A stretch of 64,000 nt of DNA from Eledone cirrhosa (Eukaryota). The position numbers and the translations under genes are program-made. The notes beneath the pieces were generated by a model that was not told the origin of the DNA, made no database searches, and saw only the letters and a list, made by a program, of their open reading frames with translations. Shown one piece after another: positions 41,914 to 61,712 of this stretch (positions are counted from its first letter, which is position 1; every line of letters begins with the position of its first letter). Location: NCBI GenBank assembly GCA_964016885.1, contig OZ024747.1, positions 64,480,001-64,544,000 on the forward strand, written 5' to 3'.

Positions 41914-44172
41914 AAATTACCTATACTATATCATCTTAATATTAGATTCATTTGACTGTCTTTATGGGGTAGACTGTTTCTGAAAAGGAGGATGTGGTTT
42001 TTACGAAGGGAATACAAAATAATAACTAAACAACAACAATAATAGAGTCACATTAAGCCTAGTCATAAGAAAAAGATAAACATCACATATAAAGATGTAT
42101 GGAAACATTACTAAGCAATATCTGTTTTGCTTCAGATGATTTTATTATTTACTGACGTTAATATAATTTGAAGTTGAGCATAACAATATAAAATCATGTG
42201 GAGAAAGCAAATAATTCACCCTTGTACATGTTCCTACTAAAATATAGGTTAATTACGTCTTGTAATAACAATATAATTTTAAAATGTAAAATTCTCTACG
42301 CCACCTTCTACTATTTCTCGTGATTGACAAGAAACATTAAATGCGATGAGATTTGAAACATTCCTGAAGAACAACCCACATTAAATGTGATGTAATACGC
42401 ACCATTTCTCCGATTATTCATTTCTGTAAAACTATTGACTGCGTTATTGTATTAATCCATTAACAATATCAAACATTAAAATATGTAATATTCCTTTATC
42501 GAAATTACATTTGCATTATACCAATAAGGTGAGGACATCGTTTCTCGTGCCTGTCAATCAGTTTTGCCGTGTCAATAGATCGTTTGAAATTACTAGCTAT
42601 GAAGCAAACCTACAATTAACATGAAATAAATCATACCATTTAAAGCCACTGTTAGCTTTCAATATTATTCCACTCAGCTAGGCGAGAAATGGAATGATTA
42701 CCCTTTTAGAATAAGAAATATTTCAAAATTGTTATATAGTACCATTATATTATAGATTAAAACATTGATGAAAAAATTGCATTGATTTTGTTTTATTCTA
42801 TAATTAAAAGAGTCGGTCTCATAAAAAAAAATGAGCCTAAAAAAAAAATCAAAGAATATTTTCTCCTATTCAATCAATGGTTAAAATGTTTAGACAATTA
42901 AAATAAAATGGCCAAGTTTCTTTCATTATTAATCATTGAAGGACATCACTATATAACTTGTAGAGTTATTAATCTAAATTATAAATAATAGAGAGAAGTA
43001 GTGCAGGAATTACATTAAGCAAACTCATTCATTACACGATTCGATGAAGGAGTTCTTATGCAGTAGTTTGGTCCTGCTTGGTGTAGCAACCAAATGTCAC
43101 ACAAACTCCAAATTAATTCCAGAATGGTTACATCAGATATAAAATTGGGCTTTGTAGCTATGAAAGGAACCAGTAATATTACTGAAAATTGAACTTTATA
43201 GTTTGAGAAATACAATAAATTTGTCACTCAATTTAATACCACCAATTGTCCTTTGTCTCTATTTCTCCCACTCCCAACGGCCTTAGAAAATCTCATAGGA
43301 ACTGCGATTCTCACCCAGATAAATCATTAAAAAGAAGCAAACCCTTCAAGGAATTAGACCGTATCACACGGTATTACTATTCACATGAATATCATTCTTA
43401 CATTTATCGTGTCACAAATGCCTAGGTTTCCAAATAATCACCTCCTTAATTTTATGACGGAGTGTAAGGAAACTATCATTTGAAACATGTTACGAAACAG
43501 TTCGATGTACAAGATGAAGAGTGGAGACGCTAAGACTTCGAGGAAGTAGGAAGACAGCTTTTGCCACACATAAGTCAAGATAGAACGGTGAAATAGAGAG
43601 AGGAAAACAGGAAAGGTTGTAGGTAGGAGGGAGGAACAGGAGACACAGAAAGAGCTGTACGTACTTAAGTACAAATGCACCCATAAATTGATAGTGAATC
43701 AGTTTTAATATAGTTAATGGAGTGTGCACTTAATTAATCAGAATTCCTGTAGTGAAAGGAAAAGCAGATCAATCCATAGATTTGATCAACGCAACTTTTG
43801 GTGCTTTTATTGCCATAAATTAACAGTCGAATACCTTAACTACTCGTAGAGTTTGATGCAAGGTATTTAATTTCCTTTATTTTTTTAGCTTATTTTGATA
43901 TGATATAATAGAAGATAAAAAACGCGGAATGTGTAACATATGAACATAAAACTAACTTACGAAAAACACTGTAATAAAACATTGAATAAAATATACATTT
44001 TAGTGATTAACATAATGGCTGAGCGGAGAAGCAGCATACTTCCTACATCATATATGTTACTTTCAAACTACAACTTTTCTATGAGTTATTTAAGTAGCAA
44101 AACACATGCAATATAACAACAGGAAAATGAGGAGATGCTGCACAGCTCTTCCAGACGAATATATATATATAT

Positions 44173-44263
<91 letters not shown>

Positions 44264-44303
44264 TACATATATACATAAATAAATATAATATAATTATATA
44301 TAT

Positions 44304-44338
<35 letters not shown>

Positions 44339-44984
44339 AATCTTATATCACTGATTATTTTATGTGTATATGTTTCAGACAGTTATTCATTGTAACAAAT
44401 CTTATTTTCCCACTAAAATGCACCTGCTAGTATATATTCTCATAATGCGTTTATTTCTAAGACGATAGTAGCAATATTTCAGTGTATAAAATATGTGGTG
44501 GATGCGTTGGTGCGAGAGCTAATCACTTATATATACCGTAGTTTCGGGTCATTGTGTTTGGTCGAAAATCTATATAACAAGAGCGAGGTTTGTAAGAATG
44601 AAACAACGTCAGCATTTCCCAATGAATCATCAACACAATAAATGTAGCACAGAGTTCCAGATCCATTCCAGAATAATCCATGGACAGAATTACAGAATGA
44701 TTCTAGATTCCACCTCTCTAATGAAATGGATGTGGGAAAAGAAGAAACAGAGATTTGAGGACACATGTATACACACACACTTCTCTCTCTCTCTCGCTAA
44801 TACATATATATATAAGCACAGGCATTGCTTGTTCAGGATGTGTTACAGGTTTGTGTGGCTGGCCGTAGCCTAAAAGTGTACCATTTTCTGTAATCTGACA
44901 AGCGATTGCAATACTTTTAGTAGAGTTTGCAGCCATCATATATACATATGCATATATGTACAAATACAACTAAACTGAAATAAT

Positions 44985-45170
44985 TGTTTCTACTTTTGGC
45001 ACAAGGCCAGCAATTATCCAGTACATTACTGGTACTTTATTTTATCGACCCCGTAAGGATGAAAGACAAAGTTAACCTCGGCGGGATGTGAACTCAGACG
45101 GTAAAGACACGTAACTATGCTGGAAAGCATGGCGTCCGACTCTCTATCGATACTGCCAATTCACCGCCCT
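44985..45170 (-). mobile_element. Family 1 SINE (short subfamily) with a 15-bp TSD
   Basis: TSD ctaaactgaaataat at 44970-44984 and 45171-45185; A/B boxes and core present. Confidence 0.93.
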
Positions 45171-45239
45171 CTAAACTGAAATAATGATAAGCAGCTTCAA
45201 TCGATATTCGGATCTAATTTTATTGGATCCTCACTAGAC

Positions 45240-45275
<36 letters not shown>

Positions 45276-45282
45276 TATATAT

Positions 45283-45326
<44 letters not shown>

Positions 45327-45335
45327 TGAGAGAGA

Positions 45336-45396
<61 letters not shown>

Positions 45397-45839
45397 CAAA
45401 TATATGAAGGTGAACGTGAAAAATGTTTTGAATTATTATTTACTTGAAGTCGGCCTTTGTGAGATTTGAACTCAGACTGCACGGCGTCGAATCAAATATG
45501 ACAAACCATTTTAATTACTTGATTATTTGGGTACCTCGTACTTAGTTTACCTTATTTTAACTGAGAAAAACAATACATATTTACTGTGAAACTAATGTAT
45601 CCCCTTGCATGGGTAAGACATATTTTCAGTTTACAGGGATATTTGTTTATTTGTATAGATTAATATAGCGCACTGCTGTGCAATGCGGTGATGTGTGGTT
45701 TGGTGTGGTTATGTGCAGTGCAGTGTGGTGATGCGTGGTGGTACGTAGCGTAATGTAATACGGCACCTATATATTTCAGAATCGATTTCGTTCATTTCTA
45801 CCATGAAGATTAATTTGTCACCATCAGAAAGGCTTTGAT

Positions 45840-46212
45840 GTTCATCTTCTTCTTCACCCACCTATTTGTGAGAGGGTCGTGGAGGCAGAGTCATTAAACA
45901 CTCCTTCCAGCGAGTCCTGTCAGAAGCAACCGTCTCCATCTGATCCGGCTCGATCCCCAAGCGTGACCAACCAAGCTCATGGATGTTATCCAACCATCTT
46001 GGAATGGGTCTACCACTGGGTCTCCTGCTGGTTGGTTTTGCTCGTAAAATCTGTTCAGCGATTCTTTCCTGAGACAATATATCCACATGCCCATAGTATC
46101 GGAGCTGTGATCTCTCAATTCTGAGAAGTTTTGGCTCTAGCTGGACTGACTCTCTCATCTCCGCGTAACGTTACTACAAAGACCCTTCGGAGGAATTCCA
46201 TTTCGGCCGCTT
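45840..46212 (-). mobile_element. RTE-clade LINE 3' fragment
   Basis: AAEMEFLRR..LRIERSQLRYYGHV..RRPSGRPIPRWLDNI..DRTRWK, a typical RTE C-terminus; (GAA)n-like tail. Confidence 0.88.
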
Positions 46213-46899
46213 AAATTGTGTAGCTTAAATAGGGATAATTTTAGCCTAAATAACAAGAGATCTAGAAAGCAATTGGAGAAATAGGGTTTCTATGAATTGT
46301 TCATTTCACCAGTAGTAAATAGTTTTTCTAGCGTACGATAATCGAAATATCATTGTGAACAAATTACGATGCAACACATATACACTGCACATCTGTGAAA
46401 GAAAATCTTTATAGCTGAATAAGCAAAAAGAGTTCATCAAGATATAGCCAGTGGAGCAGAATTATATACCACAATCAATGTTCAGATTGTAAGCAAATGG
46501 GAAAATGAGATTGTTTGATGATATTCACGTCATTTGTACGGACTTTATCAATGTAAGTAATAACATAGGCCTGCAGTCAAGAGTTTTAAACTCGCAGCTT
46601 GATTAACTTTAATCTGAATTGCCATACAAACTGGTTATATCAATTTGTGAGTATTTCTCAAGTGTAAACTTGAATACGGTTTATAGGAATTGCTTATGTA
46701 AAATTCCATTAATTACGGCACCAACAAATCTTTTCCAGTTAGGCTTCGAACTTATAATATAAAGATACTATGTTTATCAGATTTGGAAACTTAATGGTTT
46801 CATTTCACTATTTGAAATATTAAGCGTATTTCAAAGGCAATACGTAAATGTCCAATGCTTGAATACGAGAGATAACTATCATTCTTTTTTTTTACCAAG

Positions 46900-47160
46900 A
46901 AACAGACGTTCGAATAGTGACGTGTGCATTATTCTTTTGAAGAAGAAATGATTTTGAAGAAGAACCTCGATTTTCTTTCTGGTTTGGGGGAACAGATGAT
47001 TGATGTCTGCATCAAACAGGATATTGCTGTTCGTCTGAAGGAAATGTAAAGGAAATTTTGCAATGTCGGCAAAGATGAATTAGGTGTAAAGAAGCTAGAA
47101 AAGCAGATAATTTATGTGGTAGGCGATAGTAGATAAAACCAGTTGATATACACAAGGCTA
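46900..47160 (-). pseudogene. Possible degraded Penelope-like RT fragment
   Basis: Minus-strand PHKLSAFL followed by NILFDADINHLFP resembles PLE RT segments (SPTYKLAKFL, LVSxDVxSLF); broken frames. Confidence 0.3.
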
Positions 47161-47177
47161 CATGGCATGAGTGTATG

Positions 47178-47221
<44 letters not shown>

Positions 47222-47851
47222 AGGTCTGTTTGTAGATATTTGAAGTAGATGTTCAATGTATCGATGTTGTATGTTGTCAGAAGCGTTGTTTTAAAGTTTA
47301 TAGATCAGGTATTTAATGACTTGCTCTAGCTGGTCAGTTGACCTAGCAGTAAAAACCACTTATTTGTATGTAGATACACTCAACTGAGGTTGTTGAAGTA
47401 AACAATGAGGTAAATCTATGATATATAACTGTTTTCGTTAGCTGTCAATATATATTATATAATTCATGTATTAAATATAAATATCTAACCAAATATCGTA
47501 AATAGCTTACTGGTTTTGTTCGCTATCTTAGGGATATTGTGTAAGTATGACGCTAAGATAAATGAAGAGGGGGAAGGGGCAAATAAAAAGATAGCGTGGA
47601 AGAATGTGTTTATCAATCTTTCCTTGGGGGCAACTTCAGGATTAAGTGGGAGAATGAAAATGAGATTTGCTCGCAGTAAGAGGATAGATATATATTACCT
47701 TAAGCGATTTTTTTATCCCGATTAATAAGTATGAAAAACTGGAAATGATTATGGGTCTCACAAGTTTGCAACGATTATTCCCATGAAAAAAACGAGGGGT
47801 TAGGCGTCAGATCGATTAATGGATATATATTTCTATTGTTGTCTCCATTGC

Positions 47852-47917
<66 letters not shown>

Positions 47918-47999
47918 ACTCCCCATTCGTGTTTCGACGTATGGTGGTTCAACAGTCTTCTCAGTTCAGATCATTGTTCATGGTTATGCCTTAAATATC

Positions 48000-48959
48000 A
48001 CTTTAGTCGACTTTAGAATCTACATATAGTGCATATAAGAGAATAGCAGGATTTGTGGTTTGATCGAATATTAGATCACCAGATAGAATATTAGATGGCC
48101 AGAGTTCCTTATACCATCATGGCAAACAATTCTCAATTTTCCACTGGCTGCAGATAGGGCGTCAAAGGAAGGTAAACGTATGTCCACAGATTTAAATTCT
48201 ACTTTAGTTTGCCATTGTATCTGAGAAGTAGTCTGCTATATAACAGTAACTTGCGTGTGCCATGTTCTATCTCATTTGAACTTTGCTGGTATTGACTTTT
48301 TTGTAAAAATTAAAGCATACTATTTTATTATTGAATAAGGTTTCCAAATCTTCAGGTACCAAATACATCACTTTCATCAACATCCATGTATCTAGAGTGA
48401 GAAGCGATGTTCATAGATTCTGATTACAAAAAATAGTTTTCGATATATCTGCTGGTGATGGTAATATCTGATTCCATTAGATAATTTATGATTTACAATG
48501 AATTCGCATTTCATAGCTTAATTTTAGTCATTGTCAGTGTATTAACGCTCATTGGGCCATATAGATTAATTATATATTTCCAAACCACTTTTTGAACGTG
48601 AAACATGCAATTTAATGCATTTTCCAAATTAGAAATGATTCACAGATTTTATTATAAAATTACAAAAAAAAATCATTTCAAAAGTTTTTAATTCAATGTT
48701 GCTGAACTAATGGAATATATTTCGTTATATCGAATCATTTATTATCAAAATCTAAATCACCTTTCATGAATAACTTCATTTCAATTTCCGTATAAATGAT
48801 GTCACAATTATCTCGCTGTTAAATCAAAACGCTATTTTTAAATCGCACAAACATATTAAATGGATACTGAATACATCAGATCCCACATACTGCTTATTTC
48901 ATGTTTTCAACTTCATCCAAATGAATCCTTTAATTTATATTCTGATGCAAAACCATTTG

Positions 48960-48970
<11 letters not shown>
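48000..48970 (+). pseudogene. Possible degraded Gypsy/Ty3 pol (RT-RNaseH) remnant
   Basis: LHPNESFNLYSDAKPFALGA resembles RNaseH F.LYTDAS..A.GA; scattered VDFR and LGHI-like fragments upstream. Confidence 0.35.
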
Positions 48971-53811
<4,841 letters not shown>

Positions 53812-53995
53812 TAATTCTCTTCTCTCATGGGCCATGGTGCCCAATCCTGAATTGAAAGACTTCGCCAGGTGGTGCTATTAAGTTAGACATGGCCTGGGCC
53901 AATACTGGCCAAAACATTTCAAAGTTATTCAAAGTTATATATATGTATATATATATATGTATATATATATGTATATATATATATATATATTTATG

Positions 53996-54093
<98 letters not shown>

Positions 54094-54095
54094 AG

Positions 54096-54129
<34 letters not shown>

Positions 54130-54295
54130 AGTATATATATATATATGTGTGTGTGTGTAAGTATGAATATATACATACATATATATATATATATGTAAGT
54201 ATATATATATATGTAAGTATTATATATATATATATATATACACATACATATATATATATAAATATGTAAGTATATATATATATATATATATATAT

Positions 54296-54982
54296 ATGTA
54301 GATAAATCTACCAAGAGTTTACGGTAGTGTCCAATCCGTATGAAGAACTCAATGTAATCCGGATATCATGGAAAGAAGAGATGCAATGAAAAATCACTTT
54401 CGGTGAAAGATAAACGGAATACAGAGTCAAGATAAAATATTAAAAAAATAATGAATAAAACAATGAAACAGTTCCTTATATTAAACAAAAAAAGTTCATT
54501 ATTTAACGATCGTTTCTAGGATATATATGTGTTAGAATTGGCATGCATATTCAACAGATCTATGTACAAAATTATACAAAATTATACAAACTATCAAAAT
54601 TAAATATACATACCAACACATATATATGCCGTCTTCAGAAATTTTTGAAGACGGCATATATATGTGTTGGTATGTATATTAAATTTGATAGTTTGTATAA
54701 TTTTGTATAAGGTTGTACATAGATCTGTTAAATATGCATGCAATTCTAACACATATATATCCTAGAAACGATCGTTAAATAATGAAATCTTTTTTTGTTT
54801 AATATAAGGAACTGTTTCATTGTTTTATTCATTATTTTTTTTATATTTTATCTTGACTCTGTATTCCGTTTATCTTTCACCGAAAGTGATTATTGAATGC
54901 ATCTCTTCTTTCCATGATATCCGGATTACATTGAGTTCTTCATACGGATTGGACACTACCGTAAACTCTTGGTAGATTTATC

Positions 54983-54987
<5 letters not shown>
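54296..54987. mobile_element. Family B zero-spacer palindrome (~345-bp arms) in (TA)n
   Basis: tagataaatctaccaagag..gccgtcttcagaaa|tttttgaagacggc..ctcttggtagatttatcta; the left arm also matches 51720-51965. Confidence 0.93.
54501..54642 (-). ncRNA. Type I hammerhead-like motif with ~120-nt stem II (mirror copy 54641-54780 on +, with TTGAAGA core)
   Basis: ATTT-CTGAAGA-C-GGCATATATATGTGTT-GGTATGTATATTTAA..TTGAATATGCATGCC..AACACATATATATCC-TA-GAAA-CGATCG-TT-AAAT. Confidence 0.7.
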
Positions 54988-55063
<76 letters not shown>

Positions 55064-55089
55064 GTATATATGTATATGTATATATGTAT

Positions 55090-55121
<32 letters not shown>

Positions 55122-55314
55122 GTATATGTATATATGTATATATATATATGTATATGTATATATATATATGTATATGTATATGTATATATGTATATATATA
55201 TATGTATATGTATATATATATATGTATATGTATATATATATATGTATATGTATATATATATGTATATGTATATATATATATGTATATGTATATATGTATA
55301 TGTATATATATATG

Positions 55315-55352
<38 letters not shown>

Positions 55353-55373
55353 TATGTATAATATATATATATT

Positions 55374-55407
<34 letters not shown>

Positions 55408-55412
55408 TATAT

Positions 55413-55820
55413 GGGAGAGATGACCCCTTAGCCTTTGTCAAGGCAGATTTCTAGGAGAAGGAAAACTCTGATATAACACCTGCAACCCTGATGGTATCCA
55501 ATGATGTTGACTTGTTCTTCTTTTTGGTAAATATCATCTTGGTTAAGAGAGTGGGACTGGCTTTGTGCAGTGCCTTTGCTCACTATAAAAGCTTCACGGC
55601 ACAGGCATTGCTTTATATCTGGAGATCTCTCTGCACTTGTCGTCACATGATACCATGGGCCCAGCACTATGTGTCAATAATTGTCAATAATTGTCACAAT
55701 TGTACCAGTTTTCAAGTCGCTGACTGGACTAAAAAGTCACACTCGTTCAGCACATCGGTAGGGGTTCTCCTACATGGATATAAAGTAGTGGCCGTACTCG
55801 AAAATGAGTTGGCAGCCACC
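55413..55820 (+). mobile_element. Possible RTE-type 5' UTR fragment
   Basis: ctaggagaaggaaaactctgat (~55450-55472) resembles a motif recalled from RTE 5' UTRs; GC-rich island between TA tracts. Confidence 0.3.
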
Positions 55821-55961
55821 ATATATATGTATATATATATATGTATCAAGCCAGCATCCTATCTTAATCGTGGCTTATGTTTATGGTACGTCAAACTTAT
55901 TTATAAAACAGTTCATATATTGTATATATATGTATATACATATATATATATTATACATATA

Positions 55962-55995
<34 letters not shown>

Positions 55996-56011
55996 CATAT
56001 ATATATATATT

Positions 56012-56066
<55 letters not shown>

Positions 56067-56085
56067 CATATATATATACATATAC

Positions 56086-56132
<47 letters not shown>

Positions 56133-56159
56133 CATATACATATATATATATACATATAC

Positions 56160-56191
<32 letters not shown>

Positions 56192-56261
56192 ATATACATA
56201 TATACATATACATATGGATATTTATACCAAACTTGTACTACTGTATATGTATGTGTGTGTG

Positions 56262-56371
56262 TGAGTCCCGGGTTCAATCGGGAGTAACCACATTCCGTAA
56301 GTTACTAAAATACATTATTAGCGCAAACATCAAGGTGAATATTGAAATTGGCTTCCCTGATGATATATGCA

Positions 56372-56409
<38 letters not shown>

Positions 56410-56585
56410 TGCATGCATATATCATTAGCATATATATGTGTAGGTATGTATATTCCCTCTGATAGTTTGTAAACATTTTACATAGATCTATAGGATATGC
56501 ATACCAATACTAACATATATATCCTAGAAACGATCGTAAAATGATGAATTTTTTAATATAAGAAACTCTTTCTTTGTTTATTCAT
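56262..56585 (+). mobile_element. Chimera of a family E arm and a degraded family B copy joined across a palindromic TA core
   Basis: gagtcccgggttcaatcggg..cctgatgat (E); gcatatatatgtgt..atcctagaaacgatcgtaaaat (B); palindrome 56357-56428. Confidence 0.7.
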
Positions 56586-56613
56586 TAGTTTATTAATTTA
56601 TATATATATACAT

Positions 56614-56700
<87 letters not shown>

Positions 56701-56707
56701 ATGAGAG

Positions 56708-56795
<88 letters not shown>

Positions 56796-57894
56796 GCAGA
56801 GGGAGATAATAGATAGATAGGCTGTGTGTACATTAGTATGGGTAATCGCGATTTTATAACAAAAATGTAAATAATTTTCTCAGCATGTAACTAAATTATT
56901 TATAGAATTTGTAACATTTCGTTGAAATTAGAACACAATTTTCGATATGTTAACTCACACATATCCAAAATAGTTTGTGTGACGAAGATGCTGCTCCTCT
57001 TAAGTGATGCTGCGCATTCCGTGAGGTTATAGCTTTCTTGTGAAATATAAAAGATTTTTCTATGAATAACCTCATTAACGAAATTCGCAACATTGATTCC
57101 GTCACACTCGAAAGGCTGTTCATATTAGCACACACTATTTTCAAATTGTTTTTAAAATTAAAATAGTAAATTGCTTCAGATATCATACATTAAACATATT
57201 CTCTTCTCAATAAAATTACATTAACTTATTTTCTCAAACATTTTAATTTTTTATACTTTACTGCAATCACGTTTGCCCATAACTATGTGAATGTAAAGGA
57301 AATTACTATAACAGTGTACTTTATAGAGAATATTTCGATTTCATATTGAAAAAACCATAAACATCAATTTATAAGGTTAACTATTCTTTATACCAAGAGT
57401 GTAAATTTAGAAATATTTCTAAAATCACAGTTCCAGAATTTGGGATAGGGTTTTCGTATTTTCAATATTACATATTAAATATATTTCTGAATATATTCGG
57501 TCAAATATCATTAAATTTGTTTTCGTAAGATGAATTGAAGGCATCGTGAAGCTATGTGAACAAAAGCGATTCGGATAAAGCTTTTCGTTTGTGTAGAAAG
57601 TGACAAAGAAGTTCAAAGATAGGCTGAACGTATTTTATTTTAAATTGATTAATTTCCCATGTAGGAACCGTTATTAGTTTTATGGTGTTTTACTGTACTT
57701 TATAATATTAAAGGATTGGACTTTAGAAACACTTCAGAAACACTTCAGAAACACTAGTGTAGATCTGGCATAACATATAGAAATACAGTAACTCGAAACA
57801 CTAGTACAAATGAGATAACGCGCTGCGAAAGAAGCCAATACATGGTCATGTGATTTCTTAAATGTAACAAACACATTTTTTTCCTTCATCAGAT

Positions 57895-58140
57895 CCCATG
57901 TGGTTAGAATGTCTTAGGAAAGAATCGCTGGGCAGATTTTACGGGAAAAATCAACCGCCAAGAGACCCAGGGTAGACTCCAAACAAGGTGGTTGGAAAGC
58001 ATCTATGAGCTTGGATGGTTACGCTTGGGTACCCAGCCGGATCTGTTGGAGACGGTTGCTTCTGACAAGACCTGCTGGAAGAAGTGTTCGAGGACTCTGC
58101 CCTTAAGACCCTCTCAGGAATAAGTAGTCAAAGAAGACAA
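57895..58140 (+). mobile_element. Second degraded RTE 3' fragment
   Basis: Homologous to 45860-46090 (gaaagaatcgctg..tgagcttgg.tggt.acgcttggg..gagacggttgcttctgaca). Confidence 0.85.
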
Positions 58141-60231
58141 TGATCCCACACACTTGTAAAATGAAGGTTGTATTTGGTTATGTAATGTCGTATACACTAT
58201 ATATGGTGGCGTCCCTGTATGGCCTAAGGCTCTTGGCTCTGATAGAGTAACATCAACAATGTATGATATGGGAAAGTCAGAGCTGAAAATATTTTCATCA
58301 TAGGTCTGAAACAACTGAAATCCTGTGCAAATAAACAACAGCTACAAGGAGAACACCAATTTCAAAGAGATGTCTCCCTAGTTTAAGATTTAAAAGTATA
58401 ACATTTAATGCATAGTGTGGAATACTATTTCATAATATCCCGTGTTTTGATAGAATATAATGCAGTTCCTTTAAACATCCCTAACATTATATCCGATGTA
58501 AGAGTTCTTTGTCAACTTTATATTTAAGTCACAATTAGTTACTTGACGAGTCATTCCATAAAGAACAGTGGCTAAACAACTGAAATATGAATCACAGCTA
58601 GGATTAATCTTATAAGTTATTCAGTGCCACCCTTCCGTAATGTGCTGACATATTATTTAGTGCACATATCAATTGATATATTGACACAGTCACTATGTAA
58701 GATCATAACGAAACTGTTCTTGTAGAGGCACTATAATCTTTCTATTTCAGTTTAATAATGTTTTCTTTGGATTCATAAGGTTACTCATTCGGGCAGCCAA
58801 ATTTCATATACCTTCTGTAGAAGAAAAATATCTATATATGAGAGGTATAAATAATTTTATCGAAAGAAGTGGCACTAGTGTTGAGAGAGTTCTTAGAACA
58901 TTTTATACATACTAGCTTATACATACTAGCTTATACATACTAGCTTTAAATTCCGGTTTCAAATATGAACACCACGGTCTACATGGATTTCTTCATTCGG
59001 GTTACATACAATAGATTGCCAATTACGAACGCAGAATGGTTTAATAGAATACTCTTCCTCAAAAACGTGATCTATTCTGTACATAATATAACGCATTTCT
59101 CGCAAAGCAATAAACCGGATTCATCCGTTACGTTCCATATCTAGTGATATATCCAATTCACTTCGGTACTTACAGTTGCTAAGATATTATTTACAAATAC
59201 CCATATCTTCCATATTTATGAGACCTTACATGACAGCCATAAAGTAGCTTATATATTTACAAATCATATCTTCATTTTATTTTTTAATCTCCTTGACAGA
59301 TTTTAGAAGGTTTTTTTCTTCAATATGCTGGGCGGAATTAGTCGGCATTTTACCCAAAGCCAGTTATCTACTTATATCGGAGAATAATATTAAACTTACC
59401 CTAGAAAATGTCCTACTAAAGGACTATACATTAAATCGAAATTAAAAAGAATGAACTATTATCATTGTGTCCGATACTAAATTTCTAAACCCGTGAAAAG
59501 GTATGGAGCTGTTTCGAAACATATTTAGATTTACAAACATGACAGACGTTATGCAATATATATGTAACATCCTCATCATCTCATTGTTCTTCTTCTCCTC
59601 CTTCTTGTCCTCCTCCTCCTTCGTCTACTCCTCTTCCTCCTTCTTCCGTCATCATGAATATCACTACCAGTGCCTCCATCATCTTATGTATTACAATCAT
59701 CACAGAAAGAGATGTTATTTTCTGCATCAATGTCAGCAGAAGAAAAGTTTCATAATTTGAAGAAAGACGTAACGCTTTGTTACGGCAAGATATGAAGTGG
59801 AACGCCATATGTTAAGAGTTTGATTTGCTTTTTCAACACAGCTATTGTTCTTTTACCTCCAACCCCACTACGATCTACTACAGTAAATAACACATCACCA
59901 GCATCATCATCGTCAGCATCAGCAGTAGTTACAGCAATGAGGATAGCCTTGAGACAGTTAACTTACAATATTTTCATAAAATGGTTAAAAGAAAATGAAT
60001 TATCTGTTTTTATATAATGCCAATATTCAATGATACGGTGCATTTAAGATTTCACTTTTTTTTTCCTGGTGCGTATATATTTCAGAATTCATTCAAATCA
60101 TATCGATTACATTCAACAATATGGAGAGCGTGCTATATATAGAAAAATCGATATTATTCTTCTCTTCATTTTCTACTAAACCTTTCGTCTACTGAAACCT
60201 GATCACTTGAAATTTTATTATAAAATATATT

Positions 60232-60331
<100 letters not shown>

Positions 60332-60402
60332 TTATATATATTTATATATTTATATATATATATATATTTATATATTTATATATATATATATATATATTTA
60401 TA

Positions 60403-60434
<32 letters not shown>

Positions 60435-60819
60435 TACATTGTATATATTTATATGTATATATATATTTACATTGTATGTATATATACATATATATATGTG
60501 TGTATAGTAATTTGTATTTCACATATATATACATATATATATATGTGTTATATTAATTTGTATTTCACGGCTCAGAAATATCTCTTTCTTTGAGCTATTT
60601 AATTGTAAAAGACTGTTTGAGTTTATAACTTTATATATAGTATATATGTGTGTATACATTTTAAATATATATATGTATATTAACATTATATGTATATATG
60701 TATATACATTATATTTATATATTTTTATTAACATTATATATATGTGTATATATACATTATATATATGTGTATATATACATTATATATATGTGTATATACA
60801 TTATATATGTGTGTATATA

Positions 60820-60955
60820 AGAGTTACCTCCCTGTATGATCTGAGTTCAGATCCCGCCGCGGTTAACTTTGCCTTTCATCCTTACGGGGTCGATAAAATA
60901 AAGTACCAGTAATGCACTGGGTAATTGATGGCCTTGTGCCAAAAGTAGAAACAAT

Positions 60956-60958
<3 letters not shown>
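60820..60958 (+). mobile_element. 5'-truncated family 1 SINE
   Basis: B box plus core plus 3' end ggccttgtgccaaaagtagaaacaatt. Confidence 0.9.
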
Positions 60959-60986
<28 letters not shown>

Positions 60987-61199
60987 ATGTATATATATAT
61001 GTGTGTGTACGTATGTATTCACTTGTTTATGGTAGGGACAATAACAATGTTAGAACACCGCGCAGTCTTGAAAAGATGAGTCTGGCGAGATTCTCCGGTG
61101 AGAGCTATTGTTCTTGTAGTATGCTTTCATCACATAAGATACTATGATGTAATTCTAATAGAGCTACGTTGTCACATGCACAAATATATATATATAAAT

Positions 61200-61591
61200 A
61201 TATAATGTAGGAGGTGAGTTTTATTGTAGTACAATAAAGCAATGCAGATATCGGATAAGAAGCACTCTACAGTTTGTGGGACTGGAGTATGCATAATATA
61301 AGATCAAAAGATGGTTAAAGGAGTTCCATATATTTTATTATGCGCATTTCAAAAACAAACATCATCAAACAATAATATTTGCGTTTTCATCAGATAAAAC
61401 AGGAGAACATGATATGAAGGCTAAAAAACACTTGTTGATTTAAAACTGCACTATCAACAAGTGTTTTTTAGCCTTCATATCATGTTCTCCTGTTTTATCT
61501 GATGAAAACGCAAATATTATTGTTTGATGATGTTTGTTTTTGAAATGCGCATAATAAAATATATGGAACTCCTTTAACCATCTTTTGATCT

Positions 61592-61599
<8 letters not shown>
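61200..61599 (-). mobile_element. Foldback element with apparently identical 147-bp arms (61293-61439 / 61453-61599), 13-nt spacer and a left tail
   Basis: ataatataagatcaaaagatgg..cacttgttgat-ttaaaactgcact-atcaacaagtg..ccatcttttgatcttatattat; TA tracts on both sides. Confidence 0.93.
61493..61559 (+). ncRNA. Type I hammerhead ribozyme (mirror copy 61333-61399 on -)
   Basis: TTTTAT-CTGATGA-AAACGCAAATATTATT-gttt-GATGATGTTTGTTTTT-GAAA-TGCGCA-TA-ATAAAA. Confidence 0.85.
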
Positions 61600-61633
<34 letters not shown>

Positions 61634-61712
61634 TTGCCTGTGTGAAGTGACCGAATTTCTACGCATGCGCGTTCGTACGGTTGTCCTTCCTGTTCCTATA
61701 ACCATACACATC

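Noticed and set aside
53815-53910. HDV-like ribozyme around cttcgccaggtgg
   Set aside because: I could not assemble the nested double pseudoknot by eye
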